The notes: generated by a model not told the origin, from the letters alone. Shown: positions 31,262 to 41,813, counted from the first letter of the stretch. The stretch is DNA of 64,000 nucleotides from an uncultured Bacteroidota bacterium (GCA_937924855.1 CALEYQ010000001.1:65060-129059), one strand, 5' to 3'. A program made the numbers and translations.

Positions 31262-32908
31262 ATGAATAGATTATTTTTTCGTTGTTTCCTCCCCGGTTTA
31301 TTTTCAGTTCTGGTTTTTGCATCCTGCGGAAAGAAGGAAGCCGTGGGTCTGATCGTGCATAATGGAATAATTTACACCCTCGATTCTGCCTTTTCCCAGG
31401 TGCAGGCCTTTGCCGTTAAGGATGGTAAAATTGTGGGAACCGGGAGCAGCGAGGAGATGCTGAGCCGATTTTCCGCTAAGGAAAAATTCGATTGCAAAGG
31501 AGCGGTAGTGTATCCCGGCTTCATCGATGCGCATTGTCATTTTCTGAAATATGCCATTGGCCTGGAAAGGCTTGACCTGGTAGGTTGTAAATCATTTAAG
31601 GAAGTGTTGGACCGCCTGGTTTCGTATGTGCCGGGCAGCACCGAGGAATGGATTCAGGGCAGGGGATGGGACCAGAACTTATGGGAGAACAAATCATTTC
31701 CGGTAAAAAATGCCCTCGACAGTTTATTTCCAGATCGTCCCGTGGTTCTTACCCGTATCGACGGCCATGTGGCCCTTGTGAATTCAAAAGCATTAGCCTT
31801 GGCGGGCATCAATGAAAAGACCCGTATTTCGGGCGGGGAAATTTTCCTGGAGAAAGGAAAGCCAACGGGCATTCTGGTAGATAATGCGGTGGATTTAGTT
31901 ACCTCAAAAATTCCCCAACCCGGTTATGAAACCTGGAAAAAAGTTTTGAGTCGTGCTCAGGAAAATTGTTTTGCAGCGGGATTAACCGGATTGGCAGAGG
32001 CGGGCCTGATGCGGGATGAAATAGAACTCATTGAAAAACTTCAGAGCGAAAGTATTCTCAAGATCAGGATATATGCCATGATTGCCGATTCCGCCCCCAA
32101 CTTTGAGTATTATTTAAACCGGGGTCCTTATCAAACCGAGCGCCTGAATGTAAGGTCCTTTAAATTTTACGGCGATGGGGCGCTTGGTTCAAGAGGTGCC
32201 TGTCTGATAAAACCCTATAACGACCGCCCCGGGCATTACGGATTTTTACTTCGTTCAAAAGCATATTACGATGAGATGGGTCACAAGCTCGCGGCTGCGG
32301 GTTTTCAGATGAACACCCATTGCATTGGCGATTCTGCGGTAAGGCTGATGACGGATTTATACGGACATATACTGGGAAAAAACAACGATGCCCGCTGGCG
32401 CATAGAGCATTGCCAGGTGGTGCATCCGGAGGATTTAAAAAACTTCCGTGAGTTTGGTATCATTCCTTCCATTCAGCCCACGCATGCCACTTCCGATATG
32501 GAATGGGTTCCGGCCCGTTTGGGAAATGAAAGGACTTTAACTTCGTATGCGTATAAAGAATTGCTGGGTGCTGCAGGCAGGGTAGCTTTGGGAACCGATT
32601 TTCCGGTGGAGCGGATTTATCCTCTGGAAACTTTTTATGCTGCGGTATTCCGGAAAACCACGGGTGGAAATCCTCCCGGAGGATTTCAGCCAGGGAATGC
32701 ACTCAGCAGGGAGGAGGCATTGAAGGGAATTACCATTTGGGCGGCTTATGCAAATTTTGAGGAAAAGGTAAAAGGTTCATTGGAGCAGGGGAAATGGGCA
32801 GACTTTGTGGTTTTAGACAAAGATTTAATGAGTGCCGGGGAGGAGGAAATTTTGAAGGCCCGGATATTGTACACTTACCTGAACGGAGAATTGGTTTACG
32901 GGCAATGA
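31262..32908 (+). CDS. Amidohydrolase-3 family metal-dependent hydrolase (YtcJ-like), lipoprotein
   Basis: 548 aa. Lipoprotein signal (…VFASCGKKE). Metal-binding motif (VVYPGFIDAHCHF) and C-terminal amidohydrolase region (ALGTDFPVE). Confidence 0.8.
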   Translation: MNRLFFRCFLPGLFSVLVFASCGKKEAVGLIVHNGIIYTLDSAFSQVQAFAVKDGKIVGTGSSEEMLSRFSAKEKFDCKGAVVYPGFIDAHCHFLKYAIGLERLDLVGCKSFKEVLDRLVSYVPGSTEEWIQGRGWDQNLWENKSFPVKNALDSLFPDRPVVLTRIDGHVALVNSKALALAGINEKTRISGGEIFLEKGKPTGILVDNAVDLVTSKIPQPGYETWKKVLSRAQENCFAAGLTGLAEAGLMRDEIELIEKLQSESILKIRIYAMIADSAPNFEYYLNRGPYQTERLNVRSFKFYGDGALGSRGACLIKPYNDRPGHYGFLLRSKAYYDEMGHKLAAAGFQMNTHCIGDSAVRLMTDLYGHILGKNNDARWRIEHCQVVHPEDLKNFREFGIIPSIQPTHATSDMEWVPARLGNERTLTSYAYKELLGAAGRVALGTDFPVERIYPLETFYAAVFRKTTGGNPPGGFQPGNALSREEALKGITIWAAYANFEEKVKGSLEQGKWADFVVLDKDLMSAGEEEILKARILYTYLNGELVYGQ

Positions 32909-33642
32909 GGAAATTATTTGTTTTATTTTTTTTAGGATTGGGGTTGACGGGGTTAGATGCGCAAACCCTTGGAGGAGATGTTATAGTTCCGCCCAAGGAT
33001 ATTATTTTCAGAACCCGTTTGGGTTTAATGCCCACGCTGATTTTTTATAAGAATCAGAAAGAGTACACGGCCAATACCCGTCCGGGTCAGGGTTTGGGAT
33101 TATCCTTGCGGGGGGAGATAACTTTTAAGAAGAGGGACAGGTTAAAGTTGATGATGGGAGCCGATTATCTGGCACAGAAGATGAATTTCGACAGTTATTA
33201 CAATCCATATTTTTACGATTTAAATTTCAAGTATCACCACCGGCTTATCATTCATCAATTGGTAATACCGTTTTTGTTAAAGCGGAGTTTTGGTGATGAG
33301 GACAATCAGATAAACATATTTTACATTCAGGGGGGCTGGGCTTTTCGGGCCTTGATGGGGGCACATGTAAAGGTAACGGACAAGGAGCAGGATGCGGTGG
33401 AGTGGAGGGGTTTTTCGGATTTATCGCTGGAGCATAATTTTATTTTAGATGGCGGGGGAGGCAGTTTTATGGGTGGCTTTGGCATAGAGCACAAGACCAG
33501 TCAGGATTTCCGCAAGTCGGTATTTTTTGAAGTTCAGTTACGTCATCATCTGAGCCGTGTTTATTACACCGGCAACAATTTGTCCAACAAAATCAAGTTT
33601 AAAGACACCCACCTTATGTTTACGATAGGGAAGGAGTTTTGA
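32905..33642 (+). CDS. Small outer-membrane beta-barrel protein (hypothetical)
   Basis: Start ATG overlaps the upstream TGA (ATGA). Signal peptide (MRKLFVLFFLGLGLTGLDAQ). Alternating beta-strand pattern. C-terminal Phe (…TIGKEF). Confidence 0.5.
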   Translation: MRKLFVLFFLGLGLTGLDAQTLGGDVIVPPKDIIFRTRLGLMPTLIFYKNQKEYTANTRPGQGLGLSLRGEITFKKRDRLKLMMGADYLAQKMNFDSYYNPYFYDLNFKYHHRLIIHQLVIPFLLKRSFGDEDNQINIFYIQGGWAFRALMGAHVKVTDKEQDAVEWRGFSDLSLEHNFILDGGGGSFMGGFGIEHKTSQDFRKSVFFEVQLRHHLSRVYYTGNNLSNKIKFKDTHLMFTIGKEF

Positions 33643-33990
33643 TGTTGGGGGGCTGACGCTCGCTTCGCTTCGGTTAGGTTTCGCGTTTTTTTCTTTGTTT
33701 TATTGTGCTCAAACTCCCGAATGCATAATAATCCTGGGCGCTCAGCAAGTCTGCCATGAAGTTTCAATTACCCCGTTCGAGCCTACATCAATCGGCTTCC
33801 TTTGATCGGAAACTACGGCTAAAACATTGCCCAAATGATTACTCATTTCATAGGATCTGTGTCCACAACTGTCGGTAAAAAACTGGGTGGGAGCGGTGGC
33901 GGTACTCATGTCAAGCTTGTTGTTTAACATTCCAACTCTGGCGCTATTGCATGGTTATTAATGATATCCCTTGAAAAACAAAACATCCAC

Positions 33991-36630
33991 CTAATACTGA
34001 AACCCCAGCTTTGAACCCTTACCCTTTGTTTCGGGTATGATAAACTCATCTACATCATCGTAGGTAAGGGTTCCTAATACCTCCGGCGTGCGCTGAGCAG
34101 CCTCCAAAGTGGCCATCCTCAAATGCTGCTTCTTTACACCGGCACCTATCACCTGTCGCACAACCCGCGCATTACCAAAGTGCTTGTCGCGGTTCTCATA
34201 CAAGGCCGAAAAATAATTTTCCAAATGCTCCCTTGCCGCAGGATCTGGCTGTAACCTTTCCCTCGATAACATACTCAAAGCTATTCGCATCATGTCTTCC
34301 GGTACATAATCCTCGAAATGAAAGGTTCGGTCAAAACGCGATTTTAAGCCGGGGTTCGATTCAATAAACTCCTGCATGTTCTGCGTATATCCTGCCACTA
34401 TCACCCCAAACTGACCCCGGTTGTCCTCCATCCTTTTTAATATTACCTGGATGGCCTCCTGCCCGAAATCGTTCGACGATGACCGCGAGGGACTCAAACC
34501 ATAAGCCTCGTCAATAAATAAAATGCCACCCATGGCATCGTTAATGCGCTCCGAAGTTTTTATGGCAGTCTGACCTACATAACCCGCTACCAATCCCTCC
34601 CGGTCTACTTCCACCAAATGACCCCGCTCCAGAATGCCCAACCCCCGGTAAATTTTTGCAATGATCCTCGCTACCGTTGTTTTTCCGGTACCGGGATTTC
34701 CGGTAAACACACTGTGCAATGAAAATTTATTCAATATGTCACGACCGGTCTCCTGATAAAAGCGTACCAGCTTCACCAACTCATTTATTTCTTCCTTAAT
34801 TCCGGTTAAACCTACCAGTTCATTCAATTCGTCAAGGCTGTCCTTCAAAGCCCGCTCGTCAATCTTTAATTTTAGTTCTTTTTTGCCCTTGCCGGCAAAT
34901 ACCTGGTGGATGTCGTTGGGAAGGAGTAAACTCAATTCCTCCGGTGCCAGACTGTTTAAATCGGGATGGGCCATCAAACGAATGCCCATGTTCATCTTGG
35001 CCTCGGTAATAACCGCATTGGCAAAACGGGCATTTCCGAATGTTTTGTCCCGCGAACGGTAGGCTTCGGTAAAATATTGTTTCAGTATCTCCCGGCATTC
35101 TTCATTTAAACTCAAATGGTTTTTTACAGCCGCCGAATCGGCAATGGAAACCAACTCCTCCGGTAAATAGTCAGGGAAATGATAATAATACGATATCCGG
35201 CTCCGAATGCCCGGATTTGAAGCCGTGAAGTTTTCCATTTCCTTGGGATAACCTGCGTACATTATGGCAATGTCTCCCTTCCCGTCGCTCATTTCCTTTA
35301 ATAATATCTCGATTACCTCTTTCCCGAAATCATTGCTGTCGTCTTTGCCGCGTGTAAGCGCATAGGCCTCATCCACAAATAATATTCCACCGCGGGCCTC
35401 CTCAATTACTTTTTTAACACGGGGCGCCGTCTGACCAATATACTGTGCAACAAGGTCGGAGCGGTCAACTTCCTTTACATGTCCCTTTGATAACAAGCCC
35501 ATAGACTTATAAATTTTGCCAAGCAACCTCACCACCGTTGTTTTTCCCGTGCCGGGATTTCCGGTAAACACGCTGTGCAGGGAAATTTTTGAATTGTCCT
35601 CGAATCCTTTTTCCTTCCTGATTTTTATAAAGTTCAGGTAATTGATGTTTTTCCTGATTTCGGTTTTTATTTCCTCCAGGCCGGTTAAGCTGTCGAGCTC
35701 CTTCAGGGCATCTTCCAGACTGGCGGGTTCACTGGCAGTATTGGCGGCCGGCTTTGAAGTTTTAGCGGCACCTGCTTCCAGGGCCTGATCCAGCGTGAAA
35801 ATTATTTCAGGGTCGCCCTCGGTAAACTGATCTTCAGTCGTGGTAAACGGAACTATGGCAATCAGGGTGTCCATAAATACCAGTTCCACCGTGTACTTTT
35901 CGTCTTTCCAGATGCCGGGAGTGGCACGACCCCATCCTGCATGAAAGGTTACTATCTGGTCCTGCGATCCCTTTTTTACATAGTTAACACGACTGTCTTG
36001 CCCCTTGGGCTGTCGCGCATCATCGAAAAAGTTGAAAAACACTTCGCAGAAATAATCCTTTTCGGTTTTTACCCTGATGTTCAGTTCTACCCAAATGTAT
36101 TTGGAGTCTTTCCGGGAAAACTCTTTTAAATATTTTTTGCTGGTGTTTTTGTTTTCGTTCTCATCGCCCTCATACATCCTTACCGAATCAATTTCAAAAT
36201 AAGGGTTGCTGTCTTTGGTAACCCGGCCCACTTCTTCCACATAAAATTTCCTGCTGCCAACCAGCTCATTGTCTATATAGGCTTCCCATAAATAATCTCC
36301 CCTTTTCCAAAAGGTTCCCAAAGTAGCATTGCCCCAGCCATCGCGGAGGTACACAATATTTTCGTCGGTTTTTATGATTCTTTTGGTTTCCAGGGAGCAA
36401 AGCTCGGTTCTTTTTTCACCGTCCAGGGAAAAGCACTTTAAAAGGGCATTTACTTCCCATTCTTCTTCATCGAATAATTTATTGAAGAAGCTGAATTCAA
36501 CCCGGATGTAATCGGTTTCCTCGCGGTCGTATACGGTGCGGTACTTTTTGGTGCTTTCTGCCATCCACTCATCGGAACCGTAAACTTTCAGGTCGCGGAA
36601 CTTGTAATTTTTAAAGGCTTTTTCTGACAC
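33991..36630 (-). CDS. Tandem AAA+ ATPase (two CbbX/SpoVK-type modules) with duplicated N-terminal domain of unknown function
   Basis: 879 aa. Two Walker A/B units (FTGNPGTGKTTVVRLL…ILFVDEAYAL and FTGNPGTGKTTVARII…ILFIDEAYGL) with SpoVK/CbbX-like spacing. The N-terminal ~290 aa consists of two related ~130-aa repeats (…DGWGNATLGTFWKRGDY… / …HAGWGRATPGIWKDEKY…). Confidence 0.8.
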   Translation of the reverse strand: MSEKAFKNYKFRDLKVYGSDEWMAESTKKYRTVYDREETDYIRVEFSFFNKLFDEEEWEVNALLKCFSLDGEKRTELCSLETKRIIKTDENIVYLRDGWGNATLGTFWKRGDYLWEAYIDNELVGSRKFYVEEVGRVTKDSNPYFEIDSVRMYEGDENENKNTSKKYLKEFSRKDSKYIWVELNIRVKTEKDYFCEVFFNFFDDARQPKGQDSRVNYVKKGSQDQIVTFHAGWGRATPGIWKDEKYTVELVFMDTLIAIVPFTTTEDQFTEGDPEIIFTLDQALEAGAAKTSKPAANTASEPASLEDALKELDSLTGLEEIKTEIRKNINYLNFIKIRKEKGFEDNSKISLHSVFTGNPGTGKTTVVRLLGKIYKSMGLLSKGHVKEVDRSDLVAQYIGQTAPRVKKVIEEARGGILFVDEAYALTRGKDDSNDFGKEVIEILLKEMSDGKGDIAIMYAGYPKEMENFTASNPGIRSRISYYYHFPDYLPEELVSIADSAAVKNHLSLNEECREILKQYFTEAYRSRDKTFGNARFANAVITEAKMNMGIRLMAHPDLNSLAPEELSLLLPNDIHQVFAGKGKKELKLKIDERALKDSLDELNELVGLTGIKEEINELVKLVRFYQETGRDILNKFSLHSVFTGNPGTGKTTVARIIAKIYRGLGILERGHLVEVDREGLVAGYVGQTAIKTSERINDAMGGILFIDEAYGLSPSRSSSNDFGQEAIQVILKRMEDNRGQFGVIVAGYTQNMQEFIESNPGLKSRFDRTFHFEDYVPEDMMRIALSMLSRERLQPDPAAREHLENYFSALYENRDKHFGNARVVRQVIGAGVKKQHLRMATLEAAQRTPEVLGTLTYDDVDEFIIPETKGKGSKLGFQY

Positions 36631-36686
36631 AGGAAATGGTTTTTTCGGTTTGGGAAAAAGGAAAACCTAAAATAAGAAAAATGGGT

Positions 36687-37574
36687 TTATTGCAAAAGAA
36701 TTTTACAGCCCCGGGGCAATAAAACCTTTAAAATTTCCACCTGAGCCGGGTCAACAGGATTTCCACGCAGATCCAGGGTCTTTAAATTGGTAAGAAAGCA
36801 GATCTCATCCGGAAAACGGCTTATGTTATTCCCCCTTAAGGAGAGGTATTCCAGTTGGTTGAGGTAGCAAACTTCACGCGGAAAAGCCTGTATCCGGTTC
36901 ATGTCCAGTTCCAGAATTTTTAATTTTTTCAGTTTTCCAATACAGCCGGGAATGTGACTGAACCGGCAATTGATGAGGGTGAGATTTTCAAGCTGGCTCA
37001 GCTTCCCGAAGTTGTCGGGCAGTGAATCCAAATTTACCTGATACAGTAATATATCCTTCAATGCACTCAAATATGCAATGCTGGATGGGAGCCGGAATGT
37101 GTCGCTGGAATTTTGCTGAATGTTCAGCATTTTTAATTTGGAAAGGTAGGCGATGTCGGAAGGAAGTGAGTCGAATTTGCATTGGTTTAATTCGAGATAC
37201 ATCAGGGTTTGCCAGTTTTCTATGCCACGGGGAAGTGATTTAAGTGGATTGTTCCGGGATGAGAAAAAGATAAGTGAGTTGAGTTGTGAAAAAGCCTCGG
37301 GCAAAGCTTCGCATCCGTTAGATTCCATTTTAAGAACCTGTAATTTGGATATAGCGGCAATTTTCTGGTCTATTTTATGGGTATCAGCCAGGGCTCCCTC
37401 CAGATGCAGTTTGTAGCAGGCACTCCCGGCTTTGTAAGCCGTCTTAAGATCGGAATAAACGGGGGTTCCCACCGGACCCAAAAGGGAAAAGGGAGAACGG
37501 AAAATGTCCTGGGCATGGGAAAATCCTGAAAGGAAAAATACAATCAGAAAAAGCAGGGCAGGGGTCTTTCTCAT
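36687..37574 (-). CDS. Secreted leucine-rich-repeat (LRR) protein
   Basis: 295 aa. Signal peptide. About 8 LRR units (LxxLxxLxLxxNxLxxLP), e.g. LSKLKMLNIQQN, LSQLENLTLINCRFSHIP, LKKLKILELDMNRI, LTNLKTLDLRGNPV. Confidence 0.75.
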   Translation of the reverse strand: MRKTPALLFLIVFFLSGFSHAQDIFRSPFSLLGPVGTPVYSDLKTAYKAGSACYKLHLEGALADTHKIDQKIAAISKLQVLKMESNGCEALPEAFSQLNSLIFFSSRNNPLKSLPRGIENWQTLMYLELNQCKFDSLPSDIAYLSKLKMLNIQQNSSDTFRLPSSIAYLSALKDILLYQVNLDSLPDNFGKLSQLENLTLINCRFSHIPGCIGKLKKLKILELDMNRIQAFPREVCYLNQLEYLSLRGNNISRFPDEICFLTNLKTLDLRGNPVDPAQVEILKVLLPRGCKILLQ

Positions 37575-38122
37575 TAAAATCCTATTACAATTCCTCCTCT
37601 GATAATGGGATTTGGATATGGATAAAACGGGTCGTCATGCACATTCCACAAGGCGGTAAGAACCAGGGCTGAACTTCCCCCCAGTCGCTGGCTGATGCCT
37701 CCTCCCAATAAAATACCGGTGGTGTTAATCCGGTCGCGGGTGAAGGGCGAAAATTGTCCGTTGAGCCATTCGTATTCGGCATGGCCGAACAGAAACTCAA
37801 TGGGATAATAGCGGGCAAAGGTGCGGGCTCCGTAAATATGTGTTTTGAAGGTGCTTTGGGAATGCCGGAAGGCATAATACATATAGGTGCCTCCCACGCC
37901 GTAAATAAATTTGTCGGTTATTTTGTAGCCGATAATGGGGCTTATGTCAACCACGGTGATGGTTCCAAACGAGGCCCCAAGGTTCCCACCGGTAACAATA
38001 CGGTCTTTCGACCAAAATTGCGATTTTGCCTTTGGCTTCGGGTGCCGGGGTTCCTGATCCTGGGCAAATACAGGGGTATTTAGCACCAGAAAAAGGACGA
38101 GGCTCCGAATGAGAATTTTCAT
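37574..38122 (-). CDS. Hypothetical secreted/outer-membrane protein
   Basis: Signal peptide (MKILIRSLVLFLVLNTPVFAQ). Gly/Tyr-rich beta-strand-like segments. The stop overlaps the LRR gene start by 1 nt. Confidence 0.45.
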   Translation of the reverse strand: MKILIRSLVLFLVLNTPVFAQDQEPRHPKPKAKSQFWSKDRIVTGGNLGASFGTITVVDISPIIGYKITDKFIYGVGGTYMYYAFRHSQSTFKTHIYGARTFARYYPIEFLFGHAEYEWLNGQFSPFTRDRINTTGILLGGGISQRLGGSSALVLTALWNVHDDPFYPYPNPIIRGGIVIGF

Positions 38123-38205
38123 GCGTTCTAATTTAGGAAAAAACTTCTTCCCTTTCATACAACCGCAAATCCTGTGCCCATTTGTAATTTCTTATTTTTG
38201 TATTT

Positions 38206-39003
38206 ATGAACATTGTTATTTCCGGCGCTTCTTCAGGCATTGGCTTCCATACGGCACTGGAACTGGCCCGTAGGGGTCATCATGTGCTGGCTTTTTCCCG
38301 ATCTGCCGTAAAGCTGGAAAAGCTAAAAGCGCTTTCTTCTAATCGTGGGAACCCCGGAAAAATTACGGTGCTCCCCTTCGATCTTGCCTACGGCGATATT
38401 CCCGGTTTCGTGGAAAATGCCATCAAACCGGTGTTTGAAAGGGTGGATGTGTTGATTAATAATGCCGGAAGTCTGATCAATAAACCTTTTGCAGAGACCA
38501 GTGACGCTGAACTCGAAAAGGTTTTCAGGGTTAATTTTATGGGTGTTTTTTCCCTTATCCGTTCCCTTTTGCCACTTATGGAAGGGGGTCGCATAGCCCA
38601 GGAGGGAAATACTATTTCTGCCGCGGCCGGTGAGGTAATGGGACAACGACTGGGAGCTGCTGTAAAGGTATCGGGTCAATACCTGAGCTCCATTATTAAT
38701 ATCGGCAGCATAGGGGGAATTTCCGGTTCCCAGAAATTTCCGGGTTTGTCGGCCTATTCTTCTTCGAAAGGTGCGCTTTCCATTCTTTCGGAAGTGCTGG
38801 CTGTTGAACTTGAGGAAAAGGGAATTTCTGTGAATTGCCTGGCCTTGGGAGCCGTTCAGACTGAGATGTTACAGGAAGCTTTTCCCGGTTATCAGGCAAA
38901 GCAATCGCCGGAAATCATGGGCGATTTTATTGCTGATTTTGTGGAAAAAGGAAGCCGGGTGTTTAATGGTAAAACAATCCCGGTCTCCGTTTCAAATCCC
39001 TAA
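38206..39003 (+). CDS. SDR-family oxidoreductase
   Basis: 265 aa. ISGASSGIG Rossmann motif, NNAG, and catalytic Y-x3-K (YSSSKGA). Confidence 0.8.
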   Translation: MNIVISGASSGIGFHTALELARRGHHVLAFSRSAVKLEKLKALSSNRGNPGKITVLPFDLAYGDIPGFVENAIKPVFERVDVLINNAGSLINKPFAETSDAELEKVFRVNFMGVFSLIRSLLPLMEGGRIAQEGNTISAAAGEVMGQRLGAAVKVSGQYLSSIINIGSIGGISGSQKFPGLSAYSSSKGALSILSEVLAVELEEKGISVNCLALGAVQTEMLQEAFPGYQAKQSPEIMGDFIADFVEKGSRVFNGKTIPVSVSNP

Positions 39004-40158
39004 TCAGGCAGGTTGCAATGCCCCGCTGCCTTTTTTACTCTTTACTTTTCCCATCATCTCAACAAACTGATCGAACAGGTAGCGCGAGTCGTGCGGACCG
39101 GGAGCGGCTTCGGGATGGTATTGAACCGAAAATACCGGCTTTGCCTTAAACCTGAGTCCCTCTAATGTTCCGTCGTTCAGATTGAGGTGTGTGGCTTCAA
39201 TCTCCTTCACCTTACCCACATCCTCCAGTTTTACCCCGAAGCCGTGGTTCTGAGAGGTGATTTCAGATTTGCCATTCAGCATATTTTTCACGGGATGGTT
39301 GATGCCCCGGTGCCCGTTATGCATTTTAAAGGTTCTTATGCCCTGTGTTTCGGCAATGATCTGATGTCCGAGACAAATTCCGAAAACCGGAGTTCCTGAT
39401 TCTATTAGAGCTTTTACCGTTGCAATCTGATCTTTCATTACCGAGGGGTCGCCGGGACCGTTGGAAATCATGAATCCATCGGGTTTCCATTTCAGCATTT
39501 CGGCGGCGGGGGTGTCGTGTGGGAACACCTGGCAGTAGCAATCGCGTTCGGCCAGGCAGCGCACAATATTCAGCTTTACGCCGAGGTCGAGCACGGCTAC
39601 TTTATATTTTGCGTCCGGACTACCCATGAAATAGGGTTTTTTAGTGGAAACCCGTGAGCTTAGCTCAAGGCCCACCATGGATGGGATTTTCTTTAATTCC
39701 TTGGCCAGTTCTTCGGGCGATAGCAGTGTAGTGCTGATGATGCCGTTCATGGCACCCTTGTCTCTGATATGTCTTACCAGGGCCCTTGTGTCGATACCTT
39801 CAATGGCCAGCATATTGTTCTTCCTAAAGTACTCGAGTATGTCGGATTCAGCACCTTCGCGGGAATATTTTACGTTAAAGGAGCGGCAAACCAGACCGGC
39901 AATTTTAACCGAGTCGGATTCGTTTTCATTTGGGTGTATTCCGTAGTTTCCGATGTGTACATGAGTCATTACCATGAGCTGTCCGGTGTAGGAGGGGTCG
40001 GTAAAAATCTCCTGGTAGCAGGTCATCCCGGTATTAAAACAGATTTCTCCTCCGGAGGTTCCTTCCAGGCCGGGTATGGCTTTTCCATGAAACACGGTTC
40101 CGTCTTCGAGCAGAAGGATGGCGGGCAATTGGGTCTTGAATTTGGCTGTCTGTGGCAT
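39004..40158 (-). CDS. carA: Carbamoyl-phosphate synthase small (glutamine amidotransferase) subunit
   Basis: About 384 aa from the internal MPQTAKF start. CarA N-domain, then class-I GATase triad region (GICLGHQ…H…E). Confidence 0.9.
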   Translation of the reverse strand: MPQTAKFKTQLPAILLLEDGTVFHGKAIPGLEGTSGGEICFNTGMTCYQEIFTDPSYTGQLMVMTHVHIGNYGIHPNENESDSVKIAGLVCRSFNVKYSREGAESDILEYFRKNNMLAIEGIDTRALVRHIRDKGAMNGIISTTLLSPEELAKELKKIPSMVGLELSSRVSTKKPYFMGSPDAKYKVAVLDLGVKLNIVRCLAERDCYCQVFPHDTPAAEMLKWKPDGFMISNGPGDPSVMKDQIATVKALIESGTPVFGICLGHQIIAETQGIRTFKMHNGHRGINHPVKNMLNGKSEITSQNHGFGVKLEDVGKVKEIEATHLNLNDGTLEGLRFKAKPVFSVQYHPEAAPGPHDSRYLFDQFVEMMGKVKSKKGSGALQPA

Positions 40159-40195
40159 TCTTTTCCTTTTTTTGGTTTTTTTATTTAAAAAAAAA

Positions 40196-40231
40196 GGGAT
40201 GAAGCAAAAATACTTCATCCCTCTGTCCCTT
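40196..40231 (-). terminator. Rho-independent terminator at end of ribosomal cluster (after rplQ)
   Basis: Hairpin gggatgaag-caaaaata-cttcatccc, followed on the minus strand by a T9 run. Confidence 0.5.
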
Positions 40232-40253
40232 TCGGGGGGTAATACTTAACAAA

Positions 40254-40754
40254 TTATTCACTTTTCGCATCATCCGCTGCACTCTCTGTGTTTTCGGTTT
40301 TAGCTTTAGTTGTGCTTGTTTTCTTTTTTCCACGACCTCTGCGGGTGGTCTTTTTGGCGGCATCGCCGGCCTCACCCTTAACGGACTTAAAGATTTCGTT
40401 GAAATCAACCAGTTCAATCATCGCCATCTCGGCACGGTCGCCGGGGCGTGATCCCAGTTTAATGATGCGGGTATACCCACCGTTGCGTTCGGCTACTTTT
40501 CCGGAAATGTCGCGGAAAAGGATGGATACGGCATCCTTATTCTGAAGGTGGCTGAAAACAACCCTGCGTGAGTGCGTGGTGTCGTTTTTGCTTTTTGTAA
40601 TCAGGGGTTCTACATACATCCTGAGTGCTTTGGCTTTGGCCAAAGTGGTATTTATCCTTTTGTGGAGGATCAGGGAGCTTGCCAGGTTAGACAACAATGC
40701 ATCGCGGTGCCCTTTTTTCCGGCCCAGATGGTTGTCTTTGTTGTTGTGCCTCAT
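40254..40754 (-). CDS. rplQ: 50S ribosomal protein L17 (with Lys/Ala-rich C-terminal extension)
   Basis: [44 protein letters not shown]… matches L17. Confidence 0.9.
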   Translation of the reverse strand: MRHNNKDNHLGRKKGHRDALLSNLASSLILHKRINTTLAKAKALRMYVEPLITKSKNDTTHSRRVVFSHLQNKDAVSILFRDISGKVAERNGGYTRIIKLGSRPGDRAEMAMIELVDFNEIFKSVKGEAGDAAKKTTRRGRGKKKTSTTKAKTENTESAADDAKSE

Positions 40755-40781
40755 TTTTTGTTCTTTCTAATTTTTTCGTTC

Positions 40782-41774
40782 TTACTCTTTATCCAGCTTA
40801 TACTTGGCAAGGTTCATTCCGAAGTGAAGGCCTTTTGCATGTACCAGGTCTTCCAGCTCCGTGAGCGACTTTTTGCCAAAGTTACGGAATTTTAAGAGAT
40901 CATTTTTATTGTAGCTTACAAGATCTGCAAGTGTTTCAACATCAGCTGCCTTCAGGCAGTTGAGTGCCCGAACGCTGAGGTCAAGGTCTACCAGCTTGGT
41001 TTTCAGGAGCTGACGCATGTGCAGTGATGTTTCATCGAATTCTTCGGTGGCGCTGCGCTCCTCGGAATCGAGGGTAATTTTTTCATCGCTGAACAACATA
41101 AAGTGGTGAATCAGGATTTTGGCAGCTTCCTTCAGTGAATCTTTCGGATGAACGGAACCATCGGTGGTAATGTGTACGATTAGTTTTTCGTAATCGGTTT
41201 TTTGTTCCACACGGTAGTTCTCGATGCTGTATTTTACGTTTTTGATGGGCGTGTAAATGGCGTCGATGGCAACAAATCCCATGGCAGAGCTTCCGGGTTT
41301 GTTTTCTTCGGCAGGAACATATCCGCGACCTTTGGAAATAATAACCTCAATTTTCAACTTCACATTGGGCTCCATGTTACAGATAACATGATCGGGGTTC
41401 AAAACCTGAAAAGAAGAAGTGAACTTGCCGATATCTCCGGCAGTAAACTGCGATTTTCCGGAAACCACTACCACAACTCTTTCGTGTTCGGTGGTAACGA
41501 TTTGTCTTTTAAAACGAACCTGCTTCAGATTCAGAATAACTTCGGTCATGTCCTCGGTTACTCCCTTAATGGTAGAAAATTCGTGCTCTACGCCTTCAAT
41601 TTTAACGGCGGTAATGGCATATCCTTCAAGTGAAGAAAGGAGTACGCGGCGGATGGCGTTTCCAACGGTAATTCCATAACCGGGTTCGAGGGGACGAAAT
41701 TCAAAATGTCCTTCCGTGTCGGTGGAATTAACCATGATAACTTTATCAGGTTTAATGAAATCAAGTATTGCCAT
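40782..41774 (-). CDS. rpoA: DNA-directed RNA polymerase subunit alpha
   Basis: 330 aa. N-terminal dimerisation/assembly domain and C-terminal alpha-CTD (…[15 protein letters not shown]…). Confidence 0.95.
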   Translation of the reverse strand: MAILDFIKPDKVIMVNSTDTEGHFEFRPLEPGYGITVGNAIRRVLLSSLEGYAITAVKIEGVEHEFSTIKGVTEDMTEVILNLKQVRFKRQIVTTEHERVVVVVSGKSQFTAGDIGKFTSSFQVLNPDHVICNMEPNVKLKIEVIISKGRGYVPAEENKPGSSAMGFVAIDAIYTPIKNVKYSIENYRVEQKTDYEKLIVHITTDGSVHPKDSLKEAAKILIHHFMLFSDEKITLDSEERSATEEFDETSLHMRQLLKTKLVDLDLSVRALNCLKAADVETLADLVSYNKNDLLKFRNFGKKSLTELEDLVHAKGLHFGMNLAKYKLDKE

Positions 41775-41813
41775 ATTTGGGTGTTTTTATTTTTTGTTTT
41801 TAAAGAGCCAATA

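Noticed and set aside
33760-33790. tRNA T-loop-like ggttcgagcc motif
   Set aside because: No complementary T-stem, acceptor stem or anticodon arm around it.
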